Assembly (NCBI GenBank): GCA_051294375.1
Contig: CM119265.1
Coordinates: 2,463,268 to 2,527,267, forward strand
Reading direction: 5' to 3'
Source: Paraspadella gotoi
Taxonomy: Eukaryota > Animalia > Chaetognatha
Length of the DNA: 64,000 nt
The translations under genes were made by a program, and so were the position numbers. This document shows, one piece after another, positions 41,301-54,500 of this stretch (positions are counted from its first letter, which is position 1; each line of letters starts with the position of its first letter). Under the pieces are notes generated by a model. It made no database searches. It had not been told where the DNA came from and saw nothing but the letters and a program-made list of their open reading frames with translations.

Positions 41301-44300
41301 ACCCACGCAACTTAAAGAAAAATGATTTGAATTGCTGCCCAAGCACTCGTACCGCAAGCTAAAAGGTTACTGATAACTTTACTCATAACTAACATCTAAT
41401 AACTTTTTAGACAGGTTTGAGACAGTTTTTAATGTCTTTTAAAGACCAAAAGAACCTATTAAATGAGTTGTGAAATTTTATATTTAAGCATAAAGAGCTC
41501 AAAAATGCTAAAAAGTATGAAGAATATAATTATAATTTTAATCATTTTTTATTTTCATTTATTATTTAAAGTTTAATATTATGTAATTTTGATTTTATTT
41601 TCAGTGAGTACTGCTAAATATTATTTTTTAATATTTATTCTTCACAAATTTAGGAATAACTTTTAGTAAGTATTTTATCAAAACTATAATTCATTTAATA
41701 TTTTATATATATAAATATTATATTATTATATAAATTTATTAAAATCAAGGTTTAATTAAAATATAAAGTCTACATCAAAAATATATTTCAAAATCAAATC
41801 AAGTATTGATTTTAATCATTATTTATTTTAAAAAATAATATCCTTTAAAATAATTTCACATATAAGATTACGATCCAAGAGAAAACCGCAAAAGTACTCG
41901 ATCACTTGGAAACTGGGAGAGTTCCTTTCCGGTCAAGTTTTTTCAGGTTTATCAGTCCCAATGTCTTCTAGCAAGACAAAAAGGAACCTAATAAAATGAG
42001 TCGTGAACCCTTCATCTGGTGTAATTGAAAATTTGGGTAACTCTAATATATTTTATTATATATATATATTATTATATATTTTGTTTAATATCTCTTACTC
42101 GAAGATATTTCATCTTTGACTAAATATTTTCATTATTCAATTTTCCAGCCTATCGTTTGAAATTCTTTTTTTATACAATATTTCTTACAATTAGAATTTT
42201 CATGTATTATAAAAAAATTTATTATTTTATTTATTATTAGCACATCCCGACTTTATAATGCGTCGTTGCGTCGGTCCCAACCCTAAATCTTGTCGGGCAC
42301 TCACTTAAATCATGTCAGAACATCGAACTATGATAAAATTATGCAAAAAAATTATGTCCGTCCGTCCGCCGCGTCCTCTGTCTGTCCGTCCCCATCTAAT
42401 TACTCGTGATTGGATGGTTGGATTAGAATAAAATGTTGTGTGTGGTTAGAAAAGTGTGTGATTGAGCTGGATATAAAGTTTCGATGGAATCGTGCAAGTT
42501 AAAATGAGTTTAAATGAAAAAAAAAACATGAGTCACATTTAGTTAAATATTTTTACTAATTCAACCCTAAATACTCGAATTAATCATAATTAGATGTATA
42601 GATTAAGTGTGTGGGTAGGAAAGGTGTGTGATTTAGTTAGTCACCTCAATAGTTAAAAAAATGATTTAAAATAAAAAAAGTTATGCAAGTTGAAAAAAAT
42701 GAGTTCAAAAAATGATGCGAGTTGAAAAAATACTAGTGAAATAAATTATTAGTACCATAGTAACAGTTCAGTTTAATCCCTTGCAAGTGATTTACATGTA
42801 TTGGCGCAGCCACTAGTTTGGTATGGTACAATCGGTTATGATCAGTAAGGATCACAAATTGAAAGAATTATCGTGATTTATCATCTGATTGGCTGATTAC
42901 CGCTTAATTATCGCTGGCAGATCCGACACTGTTTGCTCAAACTTGTTTAATGTATTTTTGTTTGAGTTTAAAAAAAAAAATTGTAAATTTAGTACAGGAT
43001 TTGGATCCTTTATTAAAAAAAAAAAATTAGAAAATACTCAGAATGATTGAGAAATCGACAGATTTACCATAAAAACTGTTTCTACAATGATGCGGTCGCC
43101 GACCAATAAATTTATGTCGAAGAGAAGATCCCACTTTTCACGGCGGAGGTGTGACGCGCCTTTGTAAGCGAGTTAACGCGCCTGGAAGCAGCGGAGGGTC
43201 TCTTGCGAGTCGGGTTTCCATCTAGTCGCTTATGCTCTTAGACGAGGATGTCCGCTCGACTCGCCCCCTTTACCGGAAGTCGAGTGCTTCTCAAAGTCCG
43301 CGGTCGACTTTATCGGTTGCGGTCGACCATCGCCATCGGACTCTGAGGCAGCGAATGCGATCTCGTCGTAGCTCGAGGCGATACCACCCGACTGTCTGCA
43401 CCTGCTTCCCTTTTAATTTTTATCTATTTTTTTTTTAAACGGGGCTGGTTTAAATAAAATGGCTAATGACGGATGGTAAAATAAAATTTAATGATGGATG
43501 GAAAAGAAAATATTTTAATGATGGATGGAAAAGAAAATATTTTAATGACGATTAGCAAAGAATATATTTTAATGACGGATGGCAAAAAAAAATATTTTCT
43601 TGTCACATTCATCGGAAATCATTGAATCATTGACTGATGATGGATTATCATCACATCAATGATCGATTATTATCGTATCTACTATGATAGTATCAATAAA
43701 TCGTTATCATTGCATCGATAAATCTTAAGGTAACATCGCTTTAATAAATTGGTGTGGTGGTATATTCACACCGCCTCAAGTCCACAATCGTTCTGCCAAT
43801 ACCATTGGCTCTGAGGGTGGAACACACCACCCCAAGCATTGCGTTACATCCACAGTCCTAAAAACTTCCATCTGTGTTGGCTAGGCGAGGCCGTCCAAGG
43901 GTAACCGCGCCAGTGAAAGGAGGCGTCACTGAGGGTCCGAAGCCCCCAAAGCCAACAGTGAGATGCCCCATCCCAATTGGCATCACAGGCAACCCGGCTG
44001 TTGCCATAAGGGGATCAACAATCTTGAAGTGAAGTTTGGGCATTTATTTATTTTAAAAATAATTTTGCCATCAAGATCACTATACTAAGAATTTTTGATT
44101 TTATGTTAGGATCTGTTGTAATATGTCATGATCACAAATTAAAAGACTCATCATGACTAATCATCTAGTTAGCTGCTTACCGCTAAATTATCGTAAGCAG
44201 ATCCGACATTGTTTGCTCAAACTTGTTTTCTATTTTATTTGTCCACAGATTCCGACTCTATAATTCACTTTTTCGGTGCGTCGGTCCGCCCCCTCAATCT

Positions 44301-45487
44301 GGTCGGGCATTCACATATATCATGTCAGAACATCGAATTATGATGAATTATGCAAAAAAACACGATGTCCGTCCGTCTATCTGTCCGTCTGTCTGTCAAT
44401 CCGTCCGTCCCACCTTAGCAAAAAACTCCAATTACTCCCGATTGGAATTAGATTTTGTGTGTGGGTAGGGAAGTGTGTGATTGAGCTGGATAATGGATAT
44501 GAAGTTTTGATGGAATCGTGCGAGTGGAAAGGAGTTTAAATGGAAAAAACAAAAAAATATATTTCACTATTTGAACGCCAATTACTCATAAGTGGATGGG
44601 ACGATTGGCTTTAAATTTTGTATGTGGGTAGGAAATTGTGTGATTAAGCTGGAAATCAAGTTTCGATAAAATCGTCTGAGTGGAAATGAGTTTAAATAGA
44701 AAAAACAAAAAACCTGTTTCACTAATTGATTATGCTTATTTTTATATTAAATGTAAATGCAATATGTATTAATTAATCAAATAACTATTAATCAATTAGT
44801 TAATTAATTAATCAATAACTAATCAGTCAAATAATCAATCAATCAATTATTTATCTATTAATTAATTATTCAATCAATCAATTTATCTATTAATTAATTA
44901 TTTAATCTATCAATCAATCAAGTCAATCGTTTTCGGCATTATTGTCGTCGTCACCATCATCGTCGTCGTTGCTTTTGTCGTGGTAAGTGACGAAAAGACC
45001 TAAAATTTATTAATTAATTACCGCTAATGATCGTGGGCAGATCCGACATTGTTTGCACAAACTTGTTTTTTTAAATTTCAGTCTTCTCTTATCTTATTTT
45101 ACTTTCAAATCTTAACTTTTTCGCGTTTTCCAAACTTTACTCTAAAATTTCTAATTTTTACATTATTCATACTATTTTTCACTTTCAACTATAATTTTCC
45201 ACTGATACTTTAATTTTCACTTTTACTTTCCCCGTTTTCACTCTTATTTCTTTCTCCTTAACTTTCTTCACTTTCTACTTTCATCTTTCCTTTCACTTTC
45301 CACTTTCCACTCTCACTTTCCACTTTCACCTCCCGTTTTTCCACAGGCCTGATCGAAGCCTTCGAGCAAAGATGCGTCGATCTTCTTGAAATCAACAAAA
45401 CTCTTCACGAATTCGCCAGATTTGAAGAAGGAGTGAAGATGGAAAGACCGATATTTCAGGGACAATATGGGAAAGAGATAGAGAGGT

Positions 45488-45525
<38 letters not shown>

Positions 45526-48513
45526 TATAGAGAAATTGAAATGTATACACTGGACAGTATCAAGAAGGTTTAATGGGCCTATTTGTCTAATAATACTTCT
45601 AAAATCACAAGAGAGAGAGAGATAGAGAGAGAGAGAGATATGAAAATATTCCAAAGCAAGGAAATAAATAACAAGAACGGTAATTCAAATGTGTTGCGTC
45701 GTAGTGACTGCCTTATCATGTGTATTTCTCATGATATGACATAACGTGACATGACATGACATAACATGACGTGACATACATAACTACAATAACTTTCTTA
45801 GCCCGTATATTTATGATATGGACTGCATCAAAATTCCGTCTTTTATTTCTTTTTAGTTTTAGGATTTCCTGAAGGCGGCGCTAAGCCGCTAACAGTCCCT
45901 TAGATTTGAGGTTTTTACTGTCCAAACAAAAGAGCAACCAACTATAGGCAAATTATATACATTTTAAATAATTGGGACAGACCGACCAAAAAATGGCTTA
46001 TAGAATAATCGCGGCGCAACTAAAAAGATAAAATAATAAATAATTAAAAATTTGAGAAGAAAAGTCTCCAATTTCCAATGAATTTTCCTCTTTCCTCTTT
46101 CCTCCTCCCCCACCTTCTCCCCTTCCTCCTCTTCTTCCCCTTCCTCCTCTTCCTCTCTTTCCTTCCTCCCCACTTTTCTCCCTGTCTCCTCTTCTTCCCC
46201 TTCCTCCTCCTTCCTCCTCTTCCTCCTCCCACTCAGATACCTCTTCGACATCGAGGCCAACTTCGAAGGTCACTTGGCGAGTCTGAGTGAAAACAAAGAG
46301 GAAATTCTCGACGTGAAGGCGACGTCGTGGCATCACAATTTCGATGTGTTCAGAACCGCGGTCAAGGAAATGGAGGTTCGCTTAAAAAGTCTTTACTGTT
46401 GACAAGAATAGTTGCGTTTTCGGTTACAAATTATTGGATGTGATCTCTAGGCGAAAAACCATAAAATAAGCCATGTAGTGAGATTGAAAACTAATTCGTG
46501 AATATCTGAAATGTTACCACAATATGCAAATGATATTTAAGACTTAGCATTGAACCTGTCACAATTTCGGCCACGAGAGGTTGTTTTTACTTTTTGGGCA
46601 TAACATCTTTGAAAATACGAGTTTAGAAAAAGTGTCACGGTTTCATAATATAACACCTTGGAGGTTTATAACGCCAGAGGCGGACGACTTAATTTAAATG
46701 ATTTATTGCCATTGGTTAACACCCCTCTACCTTAATTCCTTCACAACGCCCTCTCCAACACCCCTCCTTTGCCACAGATCATGCTGCAGAACACGATCGA
46801 CTCTGCGATGGATTGGACCATGACGACGGAGCAAGGCGTCGAGTATCTTGAGAACTTCAACTATCTCTCAGCTCGGGAGGTCATCAAACGGACGCTGGAT
46901 CGGAGGACGGATGCTATTTGGGCCAGGTGAAAGAGCTCATTTTCTGGGAAGCTATATATTTTAAATATCAGTTTAAATATTGATATTTACAAATATATTG
47001 ATATTTATATTTAAAGAGAAAAAAATGATATTCAAAGAGAAAACCCTGAAATAGAGCCTCTGAATTGTTTTTGTTCTGATATTTAAAGTGATATTTAAAA
47101 GACAGCTTCCCATTTTCTGCCAAAGTTTGAAAATAGGTTTAAGGTTTGAGCTGTTTAGAGTTGAAGATTAGGGTTAGAGATTAAGATTAGGAATTAAGTT
47201 TAAGATTAAGGTTACAGAGGAACAGAATTGAGGCGCCTTCGAAAGAAATGTGGTGATGATGTGGACGGAGTGGTCGAAGGGTGATCCAAATCCAATACTT
47301 ATCTTCAAAAGTCATAACTTGCCCTCCTTTAACTCACCGACGCAGATACACGGGCAAAGTCGCGGTTGTGAAGAGAGAATTTCTCGAGCGGAACATTGAT
47401 CTATTTCAAGAGGATCCTCCTTACGCGGGGAGAGCGATGTGGGCGAATGAACTTACCAGAAGGTGAGTGTAGGGGGAGAGAGAGAGAGAGAGAGAGATGA
47501 TCGATTCCACACTACCTTCCCTACCCATCTCTTAGAATCGACACCCCCATGCGAACCCTCAAACGAGCACCCTTCCTCAACAAGTGCGCCCGCGCCATCG
47601 AGGGTCATCGTCAGTACGAGACGCTTCGCCAAGTCATCGAGGAATACGTGCGGACGACCCACTTGGAGTGGTGCTTCAGTTTCAGGGAGGAGCAGCCGCC
47701 GACCAAGTTGATGGAGAACTGTCTGCTGAAGTCGTCGGATATCGAAGGTTAGGGTTAGAGGGTTAGAGGTTAGAGGTTAGAGGTTAGGGTTAGGGGTGGA
47801 GGAGGAGGGGGGGAGGATGAAGAGGAGGCCGTAGACCACCTTTGCGGCGAGGAAAAACTCTCTAGCCTGGTTACCAGCCCAGCCCCCGTTCCAAGGCTGA
47901 TAGAGGGGGAAAAGTTACGGATAGCACTCTGCAGTCCACTTGGCGCCTTATATTCGCACTAAGCTTTTCCTTTGTTTTCTTACTTAATCGCCAAATTTTA
48001 CATACTTTTAATATTCGTTTATTATTATAATTATTATATATCATATTATTATTTAATTAATTAATTATTATTCATTTTCGTATCAGTTTTGTCGCAACCA
48101 GCGTCATTTTGTTTCGATCGGTACCCGCTCAATTTTATCGTCTTTTCCTTTTTATTTTGAAATTTTTCATCCCCTTTTATTTCATTTTATGTCGTATTGT
48201 ATTTAATGTAATTAATCGCATCTCATTATGTCACATTCTTGTCCCGCTTTTCATTCGATCCAGTCTGCTTCAATTGTACTTTCTCTTTCTTCTTTGACCA
48301 GATACCAGTGACCAGTGACCAGTGACCACTGCCCTCTTCCAATCTCCAATTTCTCTTCAGGCTACATCGACATCAACGTGGAGAAGCTGCTGTTGAAGGC
48401 CTTGGTGGAGATGCGCCTCTGGACTCTCTTGAAGTTCGACAATCCTCATTACATCGCGGATCTGATTTTGAAGAAGGACGATCTGAGGATTGCCAAAGAT
48501 TTGGTTCTCTCGT

Positions 48514-48594
<81 letters not shown>

Positions 48595-49433
48595 GAGACA
48601 GACAGATAGGACAGACAGACAGACAGACAGACAGACCGAGAGAGAGACAGACAGGCAGACATAGAGAGAGAGAGAGAGACAGACAGAGGAAGAGAGAGAG
48701 GAAGAGAGAGGTGAGAGACAGACAGATAGACCGACAGAGAGTGAGACAGACAGACTAAGAGAGAGAGAGAGAGACAGACAGACAGCAAACAGACAAACAG
48801 AGAGAGAGACAGACAGACAGAGAAAGAGAGAGACAGACAGACAGACAGAGAGAGAGAGAGAGAGAAACAGACAGACCGAGAGAGAGAGGGATAGACAGAT
48901 AGACAGCAGACAGACAGAGAGAGGAGAGAGACAGACAGACAGACCGAGAGAGAGAGACAACAGATAGACCGACATAAATAGAGAGAAAGACAGACAGACC
49001 GAGAGAGAGAGAGAGGGAGCCCCACCCTGACTTACCTCCGACCATTTAGGTGAGGGACTACAATCGAATGATCAGTTCCATTCCAAGTTCGAAGACTGGT
49101 GAGGGAGATCTCTTCAAAGAAAAGGTCAGTTCAACCCAAATGATTAAATCACAAATTTAAAAAAAAATTAAACCATAATTGAAACGCCTTAACTGACCTA
49201 TTTAGTAAAGTCTTAATTCTTAACAATTGAAGCAGTTAATAATTACCAATTCATTTATGGGGAAGCTTGGTAACCGCACACTGAACTGTTGAAAGCTTGC
49301 GGGGTCCCGCTATGTTATTATCTTATTAGAGGAATGGAGACCTGAAACCAAAGCCTGTCCAAAGTCAGGGGAAAGATAGCTTATTTATCGATATTTTTCA
49401 TGTACCAATTTCATAAGTTGTCTCTACTCTCGG

Positions 49434-49504
<71 letters not shown>

Positions 49505-51522
49505 GTTCGCATCGCCGAACGAAAGCTAAAACCAGGCTTCACGAAGAAGTTGACTTGGATGACGCCGAAGATCGACATTGACTATTTCGTTCAAGAGTGT
49601 AAAGTCACTGTGCAGAGGGCGCAAGGGCAGGTAGGGGCTGAAGTCACTGTGTGTGTTTTAGGCTGATAGTTGTCACCGAGTCTGTTGGCGGGTTGTACTC
49701 ACCTCCCCTCGCCCTGACTCTCAGATCGACACTTTCCGCGTGGCCAACATCCGGGTGACCAAAGCCTGTCGACTTCTGGCTCACAACAGCCTCGCCTTCC
49801 TCGTGCCGGACCGGGTCTACGATATTGAGGAGATACAGGCTGAACAGGTGATTTTAGAAAGAAAGACAGAAAAGACGGAAAGACAGAAAAGAAAGAAAGA
49901 CAGAAAAGATATGGAGAAGATACAGGCTGAACAGGTGATTCTCATATCGGTCCGCCTCGCCACGAAAAGCGAACAAAAGGGCATATCGTGGCGAGGCGGA
50001 CCGATATAGAATCAATATTCCATAAAGGAATTAAAGTTTTTAGAAAGAAAGACAGAAAGGAAAGAAAGACAGAAAAGAAAGAAAAACAGAAAATAAGGAA
50101 AGAAGGAATGACAGAAATAAAAGAAAGACAGAAAAGAAAGAAAGACAGAAAAGAAAAAAATGAAAGGAAAGGAAAAAAGAAAAAAAAAGGGAGAGAGAAT
50201 CATCTCCCTTTCTTTCTTTTTTTCTTTCTGTCTCTCTTTCCTTCTTTCTGTCCATTTTCTTTCTTACCCCCTTCAAGGAAAAAGCTCGCGAAGAAGGCGC
50301 CCAGCGCCTTCGGAATTCCTTCGACGCAATCGCCGTCATCATGAAGGAGAATTGGGGAAGCTTCAGAGACGATCCAAGGGTAAATTGAATCTATAAATAG
50401 TTAATATATAGGGTAAGGTTCGGTTGGATGCCCGAAAGTTGAGTTGATTCGTGAAAAAGGGAGTGAGAAACATTTCACATTAAACCTTTCATTCTCCTAT
50501 TTTAATACAAACAAACTATCTGGTCATTCAACGAATAGTTTGTGTCTATAATCATTCCTTTTTGAACATAATTAGTCTAATCATCAATATCATTTACCCC
50601 ATTGCCCTCCGCTCTGCAATAGGACGTCCAAGAGGCGTGGAAACTCTACACGCAAAAAGTGGACACGATGATCACCAATTCTCTTCGCGCCTGCATCAAG
50701 CTCTCTTTGCAGATATTCGACCATGCGGTCAATGGAGACGGAAAAAATAATTTCAGCCCTTGTCTCAAAGTCGAGGTGGGGGAGAGAGAGGGAGAGGAAG
50801 AGAGAGAGAAGGAGGAAAAGAGAGAGAGAGGAAGAGAGAGAGAGAGAGAAAGAGTGAAAGAGAGAGAGAGAGAAAGAGGAAGAGAGAGAGGAGGAAGAGA
50901 GAGAAAGAGGAAGAGAGAGAGATAGGAAGAGAGAGAGAAAGAGAGAAAGAGACAGAGAGAGAGAGAGTAAGAGAGACCTAACTTTTTCCATATTAGGTTC
51001 TCCTAGAGAAAGGTCAGATCGCCTTCTCCCCGACCGCCTGGCGAATCTCGGCTCTCTTCGAAAATCTCATCGGAATGATAATCGCGGAATTCGCTCTCAT
51101 TCCTCGCCTGCCTGATATCCTCACTTATAGGCCAGGCCCTCGAGGAGGGGAGACTCATTATCAGGTGATGCCATGTGGAATGGGGCAGGCCGTGTCGCCA
51201 ATTGGGCTCTCTTTTTGGAGAGTGCCTAATTTCTGTTTATTCCACAACTTAATTTTAATATTAATATTTAACCTAAATATATTTTTTAATTTTTTATTTT
51301 ATTAACCAATAATTCCTTACCCTAATCCTAAATTCTAACCCTTAATCTCTAACCCTTACCCTCTAATCTTATTCTTAATCTCTAACCCTAACCTCTCGTC
51401 TCTTATTCAAATCCCTAATACAAATCACTAATCTAATCCTTAAACTAATCTTTAACTCTAAAAATTAATCTAATTCCGAATTTAGAATAAAATTGGACTT
51501 TCTGGGAAAATAAGGAATACTA

Positions 51523-51579
<57 letters not shown>

Positions 51580-54500
51580 CCTCTCCCACAGTTAATCGAA
51601 AAAGATCCCGAGAAGATTCGCCTCATGAGCCAAATCGACAAAGGAGTTTGCGAACTCGCGATTTGTCTTGAATCTTATCAGCAATCGACTTGGGTCAAAT
51701 ATCGAGAAGTTTGGGAATTGGACAAAGATGAATTCATCAAGTGAGATTGGAGACGATAGCGATGAATGGCGGGTGATTGGAGATATTTAACGAGAAAAAA
51801 AAGAGTGGTTAAATACGGATGATTGGAGATATAGTAATGAGAAAAAGAACGGTTAATTACGTGTGGTGAGTTTTGGGTTCAGTCCCCCTCACGGTCACGC
51901 TGGTTATGTGCGATGGTGCCGATATAAGCGCGCCAGCGACACGGGGTTGTTACTGCAGTTCCGAAGCCCCGAGCGCAGCTTGTCTGGAGATGCCTCACAC
52001 CCAGGGCGTCACACATGTCTCCCCGATGCCATAATGTATTCTTTTCTTAAAAGAAAAAAATCACTAATTCACACCCCTTCGATCTATCAATGTCCTTTTC
52101 GTCTCATCCAACCAATCACCGCTCTCTTTTTCCTCTATCCAACCAATCAGCGAATACATGGAAACTTCGCCAAACAACTCTGATTTCGAGACGGACATTT
52201 CCAAATACGATGACATCGCGAATCAGTGCGAAACCGAGGAGACGATCCGGATGGTGAGATTGTGAATGTGTGAATAAGTGGGTGACTGTGCGAGTTGGTA
52301 ATTAAGTGAATGAAATTGGTGAGTAAGTGCGGGAGTTGGTGAGTGGGTGAGTGGGTGAGTGAGGTTGTGAAAGAGTGAATGTGCGGGCGAGTGCTTCAGT
52401 GAGTGAGTGTGTGAATAAGTTTCTGAAAAAGTTGAGTTAGTGAGTGAAAGAGTTATTATGTGATTGCGTTAGTTACAGAGTGACTCACGGAAGACAACTC
52501 AACTTACTCCTTTCACTGCCCTTCTGCTCCTTTTTTCCCATTCTAATCTTCCTCCTTCCGCCTTCTAATCTTCCCCTTCTAATCTTCCCACAGGAGCGTT
52601 TCGCCCTCATCGACTGCAGCCCCATCAAAAGCTCCATCATGAGTCATTGTCTGGAGTGGCACAACCGCATCGGGTTCTTGCTCTTGGGCAACACCGTTCA
52701 GGAATTGCAGAGAGTTCACGATCTCATTCATGAGAATTCTGCCGTCACAGTCGTGGTGAGGAAGAAGGGGGAGTCACCCAATCGAGGGGGAAGGTGGTCA
52801 CCCCACCGAGGGGGAAGGGGGTCACGTAACCGAGGGGGAAGGGGGTCACCAACCCGAGGGGGAAGGGCATATCTTTTTTAAAAAATCTAAGATATTAATT
52901 TTTTTTAAATAAATATAGTTCCAAGTTTTTTCTTAAAATGGGAATAATGTAAAAATGTTTATTGTAACTGTTTTTCGGACTTAAAGGAATTGCATAATTT
53001 AGAGTGTGACATCAGAGGTCCCACCGAGATTCGAACTCGGATCGCAGGATTCAAAGTCCTGAATGCTGACCGTTACACCATGGGACCATTTGAGATATGA
53101 TCTTTTTGGCACTGTCAGCTTCAAGGTTTGAATTTCAATTGAGTCAATTTATTTTAAATATTTTTTTTTTTGGTGAGGGGGGGGGTTGCCCACCCAATGG
53201 CAAGGGGTTTCAATTAAGAATGGTTAGCCTTCTAAAAAATACATAGACAGTAAGAGTAGGTTTATTTTTTAAATATTGTTTAAATAGATACTATAAAATA
53301 ACGAACGCGCGAGGACAGTTTATGTCAGGTCAAAAATAAGAGTTTGGATGAGAGAAGGAAAAAGACAGTGACTGAAGCGAGGCATAATATTTTACAGATA
53401 CCATTCTGTGGGCCATTATGCGTTTTTTCACAAACTGAGAACCAAGCATTACCCCCGAACTTACTAGTTCCTCAGAGTTAAGGTCCCACCGAGATTCGAA
53501 CTCGGATCGCAGGATTCAAAGTCCTGAATGCTAACCGTTACACCATGGGACCACGATATCTCTATGTCTGTTTGAACGAATTTATTAGTAGTGTTAGCTT
53601 CACGTTTTAAATTTTAATTTAGTCGAGAGTGTTTAATTTATTTTATTTTTTGAATTTTAATTTATTTTTAGAATTTTTATTAATTTTTCGGTTTAAAATG
53701 AAATTTGTACAAACACAGAGTTGGCGAATAACCATGAATTATTAACCGAACCTCCTCAAACCTTCTACCCTACTTTAACAAGGATCTTTATATTCTCCAC
53801 CCCTCCCTTACCCTACCCATCCTCTTCAATTCCACCCCCAAGCCACCCGCCACTCTGGAGGAACTGGGGGTGAAGATCCTCGCCTACGAAGCCATCATAG
53901 AGGATCTGGAGACGACGGAGCTTCGCTTCCCCATCATCTCGGAGGCTTTGGCCATTCTCCACATGTTCGAGATTCCTGTGGACGAGGAGATGGCGACCTT
54001 GTGGGCGGACTTCTCCAATGAGTGGCTGTCGTACCAAACGGTAAAAAGAGGAGAAAAAGGAAAGGAAAAGGAAAGAAAGTAAAATAATGGAAATGAAAAG
54101 AAAAAAGTAAATGAAAAAAAAAGGAAAAAATAATAGAAAATCTGATTAAAACATAAGGAAAGAAAAGAATAATGAATCAAAAATAAGGATGGGGGAAAAA
54201 GAAATAAAAAGAAAAAGTTTTTGAGACTCTCTCACACTCTGCCCATCTCACTCCCTCTCCCCATCTCTCTCCCTCTCCTCCTCTCTCTTCCTCTCCCCAT
54301 CTCTCCCCCTAGATCCTCCACGGTGCTGGACAAATGCTGGAGAAAGTCAAAGAGAAATTCCGCGCCGACCTTCTGCGTCAGGCCGAGGAATGGCGTCAGA
54401 AATGCCTGGCGCTGTACGAACACTTCATGGCCACCGGACCTTTCTACTCTAACTTCACGAGCGAACAAGCATGCGAGATCATGGGCGAGACTCACAGGTG

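Noticed and set aside
43120-43450. RNase MRP or RNase P RNA (GAAAGATCCC ... AAACGGGGCT; GGAAGTCCGAG ... AATCGGACT)
   Set aside because: Spacing and order of the putative P4 strands do not fit, P2/P3 are missing, and T runs intervene.
48357-49045. Long Ser/Leu/Cys or Arg/Glu ORFs (also near 1292, 33351, 50590, 58106, 59357)
   Set aside because: Translations of (GA)n, (GACA)n, (GAAA)n and (GAGAC)n microsatellites.
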